Assembly: GCA_031281995.1 (NCBI GenBank)
Contig: JAITEQ010000011.1
Coordinates: 1-51,056, forward strand
Direction: 5' to 3'
DNA from: Candidatus Endomicrobiellum africanum
GTDB taxonomy: Bacteria > Elusimicrobiota > Endomicrobiia > Endomicrobiales > Endomicrobiaceae
Length of the DNA stretch: 51,056 bases
In this document: positions 29,170-38,112 of the stretch, one piece after another
Layout: each line of letters starts with the position of its first letter
How positions within the stretch are numbered: position 1 is the first letter of the stretch
Position numbers and translations under genes: made by a program
Notes under the pieces: generated by a model
The model's database searches: none
What the model was told of the DNA's origin: nothing
What the model saw: the letters and a program-made list of their open reading frames with translations, nothing else

Positions 29170-29874
29170 ATGAATAAGTTAATTTTGTTTTTAGGTTTGT
29201 TTTGTAGCGCAGTAGCATATTCAGCTGAACAAATGGTTGAAATTTCTGTAGAAATCTCAGAAATAAATGAAGATAAAAGAAAAGAGTTAGGGATAGAATG
29301 GCCTAGCGTAATTTCTATTGGAGAAAGCAATATTCCAGCTATAGTAGAGTCAGGAGCTTTTCATAGAAAAACTAATTTTTCGGCTACTCTTAAAGCTTTA
29401 GAAACTAATGGAGCTGCAAAAGTTTTGTCAAAACCTAAACTTATTACAAAATCTGCTACTAGTGCTAATTTTATGGTTGGCGGAGAAATTCCTATAGTTT
29501 TAACAGGTATTGGCACATCCTCTGTTAAGTGGAAAAAGTATGGGATTATGATGAACATCACCCCTACAATTTTAACCAATAATAAAATAGATATTGTGAT
29601 TGATACAGAACTTTCAAGGATAGATAATTCTGTTAACGTTGCAGGTTACCCTGCTATTGCAACAAGACAAGCTTCTTCTCATTTGCAAATAAAAAATGGA
29701 CAAACAATAATTTTAGCAGGACTTTTAGAAACTTCAAAAGACAAACGTATAAAAGGTATTCCTTTGCTATGTGATATTCCATTGTTAGGAGCACTCTTTA
29801 GCACAGTAAATTACATTGATAGACAAACAAATGTTTTAATTTTTGTTACTACAAACCTAATTAAAAATGAATAA
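29170..29874 (+). CDS. Secretin-domain protein (RcpA/CpaC-like) without periplasmic N domains
   Basis: Signal peptide, AKVLSKPKL, FMVGGEIP, GQTIILAGLL, GIPLLCDIPLLGALF. Confidence 0.8.
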   Translation: MNKLILFLGLFCSAVAYSAEQMVEISVEISEINEDKRKELGIEWPSVISIGESNIPAIVESGAFHRKTNFSATLKALETNGAAKVLSKPKLITKSATSANFMVGGEIPIVLTGIGTSSVKWKKYGIMMNITPTILTNNKIDIVIDTELSRIDNSVNVAGYPAIATRQASSHLQIKNGQTIILAGLLETSKDKRIKGIPLLCDIPLLGALFSTVNYIDRQTNVLIFVTTNLIKNE

Positions 29875-30058
29875 ATTTAGAGGACAAACTTTGTTGGAGT
29901 TTATTCTTGTTTTTGCTGTACTTCTTATGGTAACTTCAGGAGTACTGTCTTTATATAGAAATTTTTGGAAATCTAAATATAAAAAAGTTTCCATGTTTTC
30001 AGGAGTAACAGCAAGCGCTTTAAAAGCTTCAAAATACAAAGTTAGCTATGTTAAATGA
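29867..30058 (+). CDS. Small Tad/Flp-type pilin-like protein
   Basis: Class III signal RG/QTLLEF followed by a hydrophobic helix. Confidence 0.7.
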   Translation: MNKFRGQTLLEFILVFAVLLMVTSGVLSLYRNFWKSKYKKVSMFSGVTASALKASKYKVSYVK

Positions 30059-30657
30059 AATTTGACAAAGGGTAATCTCTACTAGAAGCATTGTTTGTTA
30101 TTGTTTTTACAACGGTTATAATGTTTGCTTTTTTGCAAGTATGTATTATAACTGTTGACGATATCATTGCAAACGAAGCAGCATTCGTTTCTGCTAGGTC
30201 TGCATCTGTGACAAAAAGTAAATTTAGACTTAAAGAAGCACAAGACAGAGCTACGTCTTATATATTGTTCTTTTACCCTATGGCAATATTTTCAAATAGT
30301 AAGTTTAACCCTTCTCATTTTGTTTTTGTAAATAGAAATGATTTCCAAGAAAATCTTTCTGCTTTTGGTATAGAAGACACAAAAGATCAAAGATTGTGTG
30401 AAGATTTTTCGAATAATAAAAACTTTATAACTCTTTGGAAAGGAAAAAAGAAAACAAAAGATTATTCTGGCAAAGAGTTGTCTAAAGAAACAGTAAAAAT
30501 TTATTATTTTACACGCGTTTTGTTTGGTAGTTTAGTTGCTAAAGGTAGTAGTGTTAAAAATAGAAGATACCAATCTGCAAGAAATAGGGTTGTTCCATCC
30601 CCAGATGAATCTTATTATTTTAAAGCATTTCCAGGAGCAAAAAAGTTTGGGAAATAA
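30055..30657 (+). pseudogene. TadE-like pseudopilin with premature TAA at codon 7
   Basis: ATG 30055 reads MKFDKG*SLLEALFVIVF in frame with ORF 30091-30657; TAA 30073-30075 sits where Gln is expected. Confidence 0.75.
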
Positions 30658-31759
30658 AATTTTTAGAAATAATAAAGGACAAACTTTATATTACTTTTTA
30701 ATTTTTACAATAGTTCTGGTTATTAGCTGGGCTATGATGCTAAACATTGCATGTCTTATAAGAAATAGAATGGAAATGCAAAACGAAGCAGATTGTATGG
30801 CTTTATCTTTAGCTACTTATAAAGCTAGAGTCCTAAACTTTTTAGCTAAAACAAATTATATGATAGGCGCTGTTTTATCTTTAAGTACAAATCCAAGAAT
30901 AATACAATTGTCATCTTACTCGTCAGACAAAGTAGGTGGGTGGCCTGCTATTATGAACCCTAGCTGCGAAAACTCAATTTCAGATGTTTTGCACGATGTG
31001 ATTAATACAAAGAGAAACAATGGTGTTGAAAGGGTTAAACAAGTAGTTGAAATGTTACAAAAAGTTCAAGATATTTCTATAAAAAGTTATTTGGCATATC
31101 ATTATAGTATGCTGATAAATAAAAAATATAATGTTTTTCTTATCCCTGTAAAACCCGAAAAGAATTTAGGGTTAAAACGCAATTTGGAAGGAATACAATA
31201 TTATGCCACAAAAAATTACTGTTACTATGTTGATCCTACGACTCATCTTCACTTATTATTAAGAAGCAGATATAAAAAAAGTAAATATTCTTGGTTTGTG
31301 CAAGGAGACAAATTTCACGAACAAAAAGTTAAAGTTATTCTAAGACACAAAAGAGCAAGCAGAAAACCTTTATTTGCAAAATTCTTAAATATATGTTTGC
31401 CGGAAATTACAGTCTATTCTGCTGCAACTCCATATAATGTAAAAGGAGCAATGTTCCCTAAAAAAGAGAGTTCTTTTACAGGATCTACAAAGTTGACATC
31501 TACTTTGGTAGAAGCGTCATCTGCTATGCAATTTGCTTTAATGTCAAAAGCTTTAGTGCAAACAGCAGTTTTTCCTCAAGCAGGTCCTTTTGTAGCTTTG
31601 GCAGAAGCCGGTTTGTTTATAAATTATGCTGAAAGTAAAAGAGAAAGTATAAAACTACTAACTAATAAAGATAATCCAATAGATGCTTACTTTAGTGCAA
31701 AATGTGGTGGCTGGGCCGCGCATTTAGTACCGTACAATCCTGTTCGTACTGACAATTAA
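30647..31759 (+). CDS. TadG-like pilus tip/pseudopilin protein
   Basis: TTG start with AGGAG RBS; KG/QTLYYF then TM helix and RMEMQNEADCMAL (Tad N-terminal pattern). Confidence 0.7.
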   Translation: MGNKIFRNNKGQTLYYFLIFTIVLVISWAMMLNIACLIRNRMEMQNEADCMALSLATYKARVLNFLAKTNYMIGAVLSLSTNPRIIQLSSYSSDKVGGWPAIMNPSCENSISDVLHDVINTKRNNGVERVKQVVEMLQKVQDISIKSYLAYHYSMLINKKYNVFLIPVKPEKNLGLKRNLEGIQYYATKNYCYYVDPTTHLHLLLRSRYKKSKYSWFVQGDKFHEQKVKVILRHKRASRKPLFAKFLNICLPEITVYSAATPYNVKGAMFPKKESSFTGSTKLTSTLVEASSAMQFALMSKALVQTAVFPQAGPFVALAEAGLFINYAESKRESIKLLTNKDNPIDAYFSAKCGGWAAHLVPYNPVRTDN

Positions 31760-31766
31760 TTTTTAT

Positions 31767-31794
31767 TTGACAGCGTTATAGAGTTTTTTATACT
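31767..31794 (+). promoter_or_regulatory. tRNA-Thr promoter
   Basis: TTGACA 31767-31772, 16 bp, TATACT 31789-31794. Confidence 0.7.
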
Positions 31795-31808
31795 ATTAAT
31801 AAGCTGGG

Positions 31809-31881
31809 GCCGACGTAGCTCAGTTGGTAGAGCAGCGGTTTTGTAAACCGCAGGTCGTAGGTTCAAACCCTATCGTCGGCT
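31809..31881 (+). tRNA. tRNA-Thr(TGT), CCA not encoded
   Basis: Acceptor GCCGACG/CGTCGGC, anticodon arm GCGGT-TTTGTAA-ACCGC, T loop GTTCAAA. Confidence 0.97.
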
Positions 31882-31922
31882 TTTTCTAGATTTTTGTAAT
31901 TTATTATTGAAAAGAAGTTATT

Positions 31923-33446
31923 ATGAAGATAAGATTTAAAGCTAGTTTAAAAGCAGAGCTTGTTGTTTTAGTCATTGTGATTGTTGTCTTTGTTGTGGCA
32001 GTTTTTTCTTATTTCTTTATTTCTACATGTAAATCATTTTTTATGCAATCCCTACAATTAGATACTAAAAGACAAGCTTATAGGCTTGCCGATTCGGTTA
32101 GTAGTATTTCTTCAGGTAGAACTGATATTCTAGAGCATTATGTTAGCAATATAATACGAGAAAGCGACATTATATATGTTGAAGTTTATGATAAAGATTT
32201 TGATAGAGTTGCCAATTCTCAAGTTTTGAGTAAGCAACTTGAAAGTTTTTTAGCTAGTCGCAAAATGAGTGAAAATGTCGATGTTCTTTTTGAAAAACAA
32301 AAGTCGATAGAATATTTTTATAAGTATAAAGGAAAAATTAAAGCTTTTGAGTTTATAGCTCCTGTGGTTTTTTATAAGCAAGGAAATGTAAATGGTGAAG
32401 TTATAGGCTTTGTAAGAGTTATTGCCTCTTTAAAGAGTATTGATGAGAAGTTAGCAAAAATAATTAAAAGTGTTGTTTCTTGGGCAGTTTGTGTTGGTAT
32501 TATAAGTGCCTTGCTATCTGTTATGGCCATAAGAATGTTTCTTGAACCAATAAATAAGCTTGTTCGTGTTACTAAACAAATATCAGAGGGCAACTTGTCT
32601 AGCAAAGTCCCTATGTTTAAAACAGTAGAATTAAGAGTTTTAGCTATAGCAGTTAGACATTTAAAGAAAATTTTAAACGTGTTAGACAATGAAAAAAAGG
32701 GTTTATTGGATGTTAAAAAAAGCTTAGAAGTGAAAAATCAAGCAATGAAAGATTTAATTTCAAAAGAACGACTCAAGCATGTAAAATTAATGAAAGAAGA
32801 GCGTTTTTTGACAATAGGTAAGTTGGCTAGTTCTTTAGCACACGAAATTAAAAACCCTTTAACAAGCTTTAAAAATATTATTTATTTTATTTCAAAAACA
32901 GAAAAATTTAAAAATGAAAACTCAAAAGAAATGTTTTGTATGCTTACAGATGATATAAGAAGAATAAATAATATTTTGACAGAACTTTTAGATTATTCTG
33001 AAGTGAAGAATCTAAATAGAACTCAAAATTATGTGGACGAAGTAATTAATAAAATTATCGAAAGTACGTCCCTGCCAAGCAACATAAGTTTGAAAATGGG
33101 TTTAAAACACATTGCTGCTTTAATTGATAAAGAGAGTTTTGTGAAGATAGTAAGGCACTTGGTTGCAAATGCTGTAGATGCAATGCCGCGTGGAGGAGAG
33201 ATTTTTATTGCTATGGGCAAGGTAGACACTAAGTTAGAGTTAAAAATAAAGGATACTGGTGTCGGTATTAAGAATGACACAATAAAAAGTGTTTATGACC
33301 CCTTATATACAACAAAAGTGAAAGGAATAGGTTTAGGGTTAGCGATAGTAAAAGAGATTGTAGAATTACATGAAGGTGTAATTTTTGCGAGCAGTAAAAG
33401 TGATATGGGTACAGAGTTTAGTATATATATACCTGGTGTTTTATAG
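31923..33446 (+). CDS. Membrane sensor histidine kinase (2 TM, HAMP, HisKA, HATPase)
   Basis: LAHEIKNPL, NAVDAM, DTGVGI, GIGLGL. Confidence 0.92.
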   Translation: MKIRFKASLKAELVVLVIVIVVFVVAVFSYFFISTCKSFFMQSLQLDTKRQAYRLADSVSSISSGRTDILEHYVSNIIRESDIIYVEVYDKDFDRVANSQVLSKQLESFLASRKMSENVDVLFEKQKSIEYFYKYKGKIKAFEFIAPVVFYKQGNVNGEVIGFVRVIASLKSIDEKLAKIIKSVVSWAVCVGIISALLSVMAIRMFLEPINKLVRVTKQISEGNLSSKVPMFKTVELRVLAIAVRHLKKILNVLDNEKKGLLDVKKSLEVKNQAMKDLISKERLKHVKLMKEERFLTIGKLASSLAHEIKNPLTSFKNIIYFISKTEKFKNENSKEMFCMLTDDIRRINNILTELLDYSEVKNLNRTQNYVDEVINKIIESTSLPSNISLKMGLKHIAALIDKESFVKIVRHLVANAVDAMPRGGEIFIAMGKVDTKLELKIKDTGVGIKNDTIKSVYDPLYTTKVKGIGLGLAIVKEIVELHEGVIFASSKSDMGTEFSIYIPGVL

Positions 33447-33465
33447 TCATAAGGATAAAATAAAA

Positions 33466-33840
33466 ATGCAAAATAAGCCTAATATATTGCTTATAGATGA
33501 TGAACACGCAATTACTTTTTCATTGATAAGTATTTTAAAGTTGGAAGATTATGAAGCTAGATCAGCAAATAATGGTAAGGAAGCTATAGAAGCTATAAAA
33601 AATAATAATTTTGATATAGCTTTTTTTGATATAAGATTGCCAGATATGAATGGTGTTGAATTACTAAAAGCAGTTAGGGAGTTTAATAGTAGCTTAATTG
33701 TTGTTATGATGACAGCTTATGCAAGTGCAAGCAATGATCTCATACAAGAAGCATTACAAAAAGGTGCATTTAGCTGTTTGAGAAAACCTTTTGAAATTCC
33801 AGAAGTGTTAGCCCTTGTAAAAAAAATAATTGAAAAGTAA
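33466..33840 (+). CDS. Single-domain response regulator
   Basis: ILLIDDE, DIRLPDMNG, MMTAY, KPF; no output domain; start moved to ATG 33466. Confidence 0.9.
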   Translation: MQNKPNILLIDDEHAITFSLISILKLEDYEARSANNGKEAIEAIKNNNFDIAFFDIRLPDMNGVELLKAVREFNSSLIVVMMTAYASASNDLIQEALQKGAFSCLRKPFEIPEVLALVKKIIEK

Positions 33841-33893
33841 ATTTGTTACTTAAGTAGCTAAATAATATTTTGTTTGGCTATGGAGGTTTATAC

Positions 33894-34556
33894 ATGGAAA
33901 AAACAAATCAGGAAATCTTTTCTGCTATAAATCAATTTTCTTCTTTTGTATCTCATGAACTAAAAAATTCTATTACAGTTATAAAAAATGCAGCATATTA
34001 TTTAGAAAATTCTGGGAAAAATTATAGTAAAGATCAGAAAGAAATGCTTGTATTTTTAAATAAAGAAATAGATAAAACTTATTTAAAAATAGTTTTGCTG
34101 TTAGATAATACTAGAGTTAAATATTTAGATATGCAAGTTGTTGATGTTGGGGAATTTTTGTGTAAAGTACTGGGAAAGAAAAAAGATAAAAAGTTTAATT
34201 TTAATATAAATGTAAAGGATAATATCAAAGTACGTATAGATAAGAATAGATTTAAACAGGCAATATTAATTATAATTGATAATGCCAAATGTGCAATGCC
34301 TTGCGGTGGAGATATTTCAGTTCAGGTATATTTTTTAAAAACTGAAGCTATTATAGAAATAGAAGATTATGGTTGTGGTATGAGCAAAGAAACTTTGAAA
34401 AAGTGTTTTAATCCTTTATTTACTACTAAAAAGTTTCAATTAGGAATGTCTCTTGCTGTTGCAAAGCAGATAATTTTAATGTTAGGTGGAAAAATAAAAG
34501 CAACATCTTTAATTAATAAAGGTTCAAAATTTGTAATAGAGTTGCCTAAACTATAA
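33894..34556 (+). CDS. Sensor-less cytoplasmic histidine kinase core
   Basis: SHELKNS, DNAKCAM, DYGCGM, FNPLFTTK; GGAGG RBS before ATG 33894. Confidence 0.8.
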   Translation: MEKTNQEIFSAINQFSSFVSHELKNSITVIKNAAYYLENSGKNYSKDQKEMLVFLNKEIDKTYLKIVLLLDNTRVKYLDMQVVDVGEFLCKVLGKKKDKKFNFNINVKDNIKVRIDKNRFKQAILIIIDNAKCAMPCGGDISVQVYFLKTEAIIEIEDYGCGMSKETLKKCFNPLFTTKKFQLGMSLAVAKQIILMLGGKIKATSLINKGSKFVIELPKL

Positions 34557-34559
34557 AAA

Positions 34560-35006
34560 ATGAAAAAATTATTTGCAAATAATAAGAAAGCATATTATGA
34601 TTACAATATCCTTGAAAAGTTAGAAGTTGGACTTGTATTGTCTGGGCATGAAGTTAAATCTATAAGATGTTCAAATGTAAGTTTAGCATACAGTATAGTT
34701 AGGTTTCTTAATGGGGAAGCTTTTGTTGAGAATATGTTTGTTGCTCCTTATGAGCAAATATCAACGCATATTATAGATTATGATGCTAAAAGAAAACGTA
34801 AACTTTTAATGCATAAGTTAGAAATAAAGAAAATGCATTCTAAAGTTAGAGAGAAGGGTCTTAGCGTTATACCTTTAGAAGTGTATATTGGGAATAAAAG
34901 TAAAATTAAGCTTCTTATTGGTCTTGCTAAGGGTAAAAAATCTTATGATAAAAAAGAACTTATAAAGAAAAAAGACATTGCTCGCGAAATGGCAAGAGAA
35001 CATTGA
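34560..35006 (+). CDS. smpB: SsrA-binding protein
   Basis: NKKAYYDY, GHEVKSIR, RKLLMHK, GLAKGKK. Confidence 0.96.
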   Translation: MKKLFANNKKAYYDYNILEKLEVGLVLSGHEVKSIRCSNVSLAYSIVRFLNGEAFVENMFVAPYEQISTHIIDYDAKRKRKLLMHKLEIKKMHSKVREKGLSVIPLEVYIGNKSKIKLLIGLAKGKKSYDKKELIKKKDIAREMAREH

Positions 35007-35043
35007 TTATTCAATTTAACGGTTGTCATTATCATACTTAGCT

Positions 35044-38000
35044 ATGAATACATCACAAATAACTTTAGTGCAGTCGTCTGCAGGTTCAGGGAAAACTTAT
35101 AATCTTGCAAAAAGATATTTATACCTTTTATTGAGTTCGAATAATAATATAGATATAAAAAATGTAATTGCTGTTACGTTTACTAACAAAGCTGCCGTTG
35201 AAATGAAATATAGAATTCTAAGCTATCTTAAAATGGCGACTTTGTCGCAAAATACTGGTAATTTTTTTGCTGATTTAAACCTTTCGTGTGAAGAGATATC
35301 AAGAAGAAGTTTTTGTATATTAGAAAATATTTTAGAACATTACGATAGTTTTAATATCAGTACTTTAGATAGTTTTAAAAATCACATCTTAAAATCTTGT
35401 GCCATAAATATAGATATTTCACCTAATTTTAGTATCGAACAAGACTATAGCAAAAATCTTAAGTTTGCTTTAGAAGCGTTTCTACATAAATCAAATAATT
35501 CGGAAAATATTAGAAATATTATTTTAGAGTATTTAACTCAATATTTAACAAACGATATAGACTGGTTTGCAAAAGATAATATTTATAATGAAGTAGAAAA
35601 AGTATTTAGAAAGTCTGGGAATATTGGTAAAGAGATCAATTTTTTAAAAAATAATAATTTTGGCAAACAATTTTATTTAAGAATAGATCTTATAATGAAC
35701 AAAATTAAAGATATTTCTAAAAAATTAGTAAGTTTACAAGTTAATGGTCATTTTGTTAAAGCTATTGATAAAATTTTGTTAGAAGGGCCAAAAGTGTTTT
35801 TTTCTATGAACATACCTACTAAGTTTGCTTGTGAAAATTTGGAATATAAAAAGAATGCGGAAATATCTTTAGAAGCTAATTTTCTTTGGGAAGAAATCCA
35901 TAAAAGCATAAAAGATTTGTGTAATTTTTATATGCAGAATTATTATCAAATTTATTCTTATATATATAATGAGGTGGCAAAAGAATTTGACATTAAATCT
36001 AAAAAAGATGCAATAGTGTTTTTAAATGAGATTAACAAAAAAACGATCAAAATTTTTAAAAATAACAATATTACTATTCCTGAAGTATATTATAGGTTGT
36101 CTGAAAAATATAAACATTTTTTAATAGACGAGTTTCAAGATACAAGTTTTGTGCAGTGGGTTGGTATTAAAAGGTTTTTAGAAGAAAGTTTGGCCACTGG
36201 AGGCACATTGTATTATGTTGGCGATGTTAAGCAAGCTATATATTCTTTTAGAAGTGCAAAACCTGAACTTTTTTACATGGTGCCTAAAGACTTCCCGGCT
36301 AGTTCAGCAAAAAAACAATATTTAGAGACAAATTTTAGAAGCTCAAAAGAAATAGTGTCTTTTAATAATGAGGTCTTCTCTTTAGATAATTTGCAAAAGT
36401 TTTTAAATACTGTTTACAAAGACATTGATGTTGATGCAGATTTTGAAGAATTGTTAAACACATATAAGTTTTCTTGTCAAAAAGTAGTGTATGATAAAGA
36501 AGATGGTCATGTTGAAATAGATTTAATAGACAAAGATTGTCAAGATATTAAAGAAAAAACAAAACAAAAGTTTATCAAACGTATGCTTGAATTATTAAAC
36601 AGGTTTGATGCAAAAGATATAGCTGTTTTGTGCAGATCTAATGATGAAATACTCAATGTTAGTTCTTGGCTTTTAGAAGAAAATATAGAAGTAGAGTCCT
36701 CTCAAACGTTAAACATTCAAAACAACGATATCATAAAACAAATAATTTCTTTTTTTGTTTTTATAAACTCGCCAATTGACGCTTTAGCATTTTCTTCTTT
36801 TATTATGGGAGATGTTTTTAGCAAAATATCTAATATTAGTTCAATAGAGCTTGAACTGTTTATTTTTAAAAATAATAAAGAGAGTAAGTCAGGTTTCTTA
36901 TATAAACTTTTTAAAGATAAATACGAAGTTGTATGGAATGAGTATTTTGAATATTTTTTTGTGAAGGCTGGATTTGTTCCTGTTTATGAGCTTGCTCTTT
37001 TGATTTTAGAAAAATTTAAAATTTTAGAAAACTATCCGGATTCTAAAGCTTTTATTATGCGTTTTCTTGAACTTGTCAAAGAGTTTGAATCGCAAAAAGC
37101 TGGACTTGGAAACTTCTTAGAATATTTTTATAGTTTGTCTAACCAAGAAGATTGTCTGTATATAAAGAATGCTTTTGGCAATGGAATAAAAGTTATGACT
37201 GTGCACAAATCTAAAGGATTACAATTCCCGGTTGTGGTTATTCCATTTTTAAAACTTACTACAAATAATATAGATAAACCTTATTTTGATGATTCTAAAG
37301 AAGAAATAGAACTTCTTAACATATCAAAGAATATTACTAAATTTTCGTCTAAAGCCAAAAAAATTTATTATAAAGAAAAACTAAATAGTTTATTGTCTGA
37401 GATTAACATATTATATGTTTCGATGACAAGAGCAGAATATGAAATTTATGCAATAGTTCCTCCAAAAGCCGGAACTTCAAACAATTTGGCTTTTATACTT
37501 TTTGATAATATTAATTTTAAGAAAGGGAATAAACAAAAGTATAATATTGAACCAATAAAAAATAATTATGTTTATGACACTTTTAACAGTGGGTATAAAG
37601 ATATTTCAACAAATCTTATAAATAAAAAAAATACAATAGATATAAATGATATAAAAAAGAAAGGTATAATTTTACATTATTGTCTTTCAAAAATTGAAAT
37701 TTTAAATAATAGCAGCTTAGATGCTGCTATAAATGAAGTTTTTTTAATTGCTAAAAGAAAGTTCTCTTTTGACGATTTAAGTTTTTTAAAAGAAAAATTG
37801 AAAAAAGTATTTTCCTCTAAACTTATTTTAGAATTGTTTAATTGTAAAGGGGTTGTCTATAATGAGAAGGAAATCGTAAATTCTCTAGGGGAGATTTTTA
37901 GAGCAGATAAGTTGATAGAATCTGGTAACAAAATCTTAATTGTAGACTTTAAAAGTTCAGATTACAATTTTCAAAAAAATAAAGAACAACTACTAAACTA

Positions 38001-38088
38001 TGCTTCTTTAATAAAAGAAATTTACCCAAACAAAATTATAAATTCTTATATTGTAAATATGGAAACTGCAACATTGATACAAATTTGA
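35044..38088 (+). CDS. addA: AddA/UvrD-like helicase-nuclease
   Basis: SAGSGKT, IDEFQD, VGDVKQAIYSFR, TVHKSKGL, YVSMTRA, C-terminal IVDFKS nuclease motif. Confidence 0.8.
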   Translation: MNTSQITLVQSSAGSGKTYNLAKRYLYLLLSSNNNIDIKNVIAVTFTNKAAVEMKYRILSYLKMATLSQNTGNFFADLNLSCEEISRRSFCILENILEHYDSFNISTLDSFKNHILKSCAINIDISPNFSIEQDYSKNLKFALEAFLHKSNNSENIRNIILEYLTQYLTNDIDWFAKDNIYNEVEKVFRKSGNIGKEINFLKNNNFGKQFYLRIDLIMNKIKDISKKLVSLQVNGHFVKAIDKILLEGPKVFFSMNIPTKFACENLEYKKNAEISLEANFLWEEIHKSIKDLCNFYMQNYYQIYSYIYNEVAKEFDIKSKKDAIVFLNEINKKTIKIFKNNNITIPEVYYRLSEKYKHFLIDEFQDTSFVQWVGIKRFLEESLATGGTLYYVGDVKQAIYSFRSAKPELFYMVPKDFPASSAKKQYLETNFRSSKEIVSFNNEVFSLDNLQKFLNTVYKDIDVDADFEELLNTYKFSCQKVVYDKEDGHVEIDLIDKDCQDIKEKTKQKFIKRMLELLNRFDAKDIAVLCRSNDEILNVSSWLLEENIEVESSQTLNIQNNDIIKQIISFFVFINSPIDALAFSSFIMGDVFSKISNISSIELELFIFKNNKESKSGFLYKLFKDKYEVVWNEYFEYFFVKAGFVPVYELALLILEKFKILENYPDSKAFIMRFLELVKEFESQKAGLGNFLEYFYSLSNQEDCLYIKNAFGNGIKVMTVHKSKGLQFPVVVIPFLKLTTNNIDKPYFDDSKEEIELLNISKNITKFSSKAKKIYYKEKLNSLLSEINILYVSMTRAEYEIYAIVPPKAGTSNNLAFILFDNINFKKGNKQKYNIEPIKNNYVYDTFNSGYKDISTNLINKKNTIDINDIKKKGIILHYCLSKIEILNNSSLDAAINEVFLIAKRKFSFDDLSFLKEKLKKVFSSKLILELFNCKGVVYNEKEIVNSLGEIFRADKLIESGNKILIVDFKSSDYNFQKNKEQLLNYASLIKEIYPNKIINSYIVNMETATLIQI

Positions 38089-38112
38089 AGTTTGTTTAAG
38101 TAAGGAAATAAA

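Noticed and set aside
30073-30075. TAA read as Gln (alternative genetic code)
   Set aside because: Most well-identified genes here (dnaK, rpsB, tsf, proS) end properly at TAA, so it is a true stop
31809-34556. Genomic island integrated at tRNA-Thr
   Set aside because: No integrase, and no duplicated tRNA 3' end found downstream by eye
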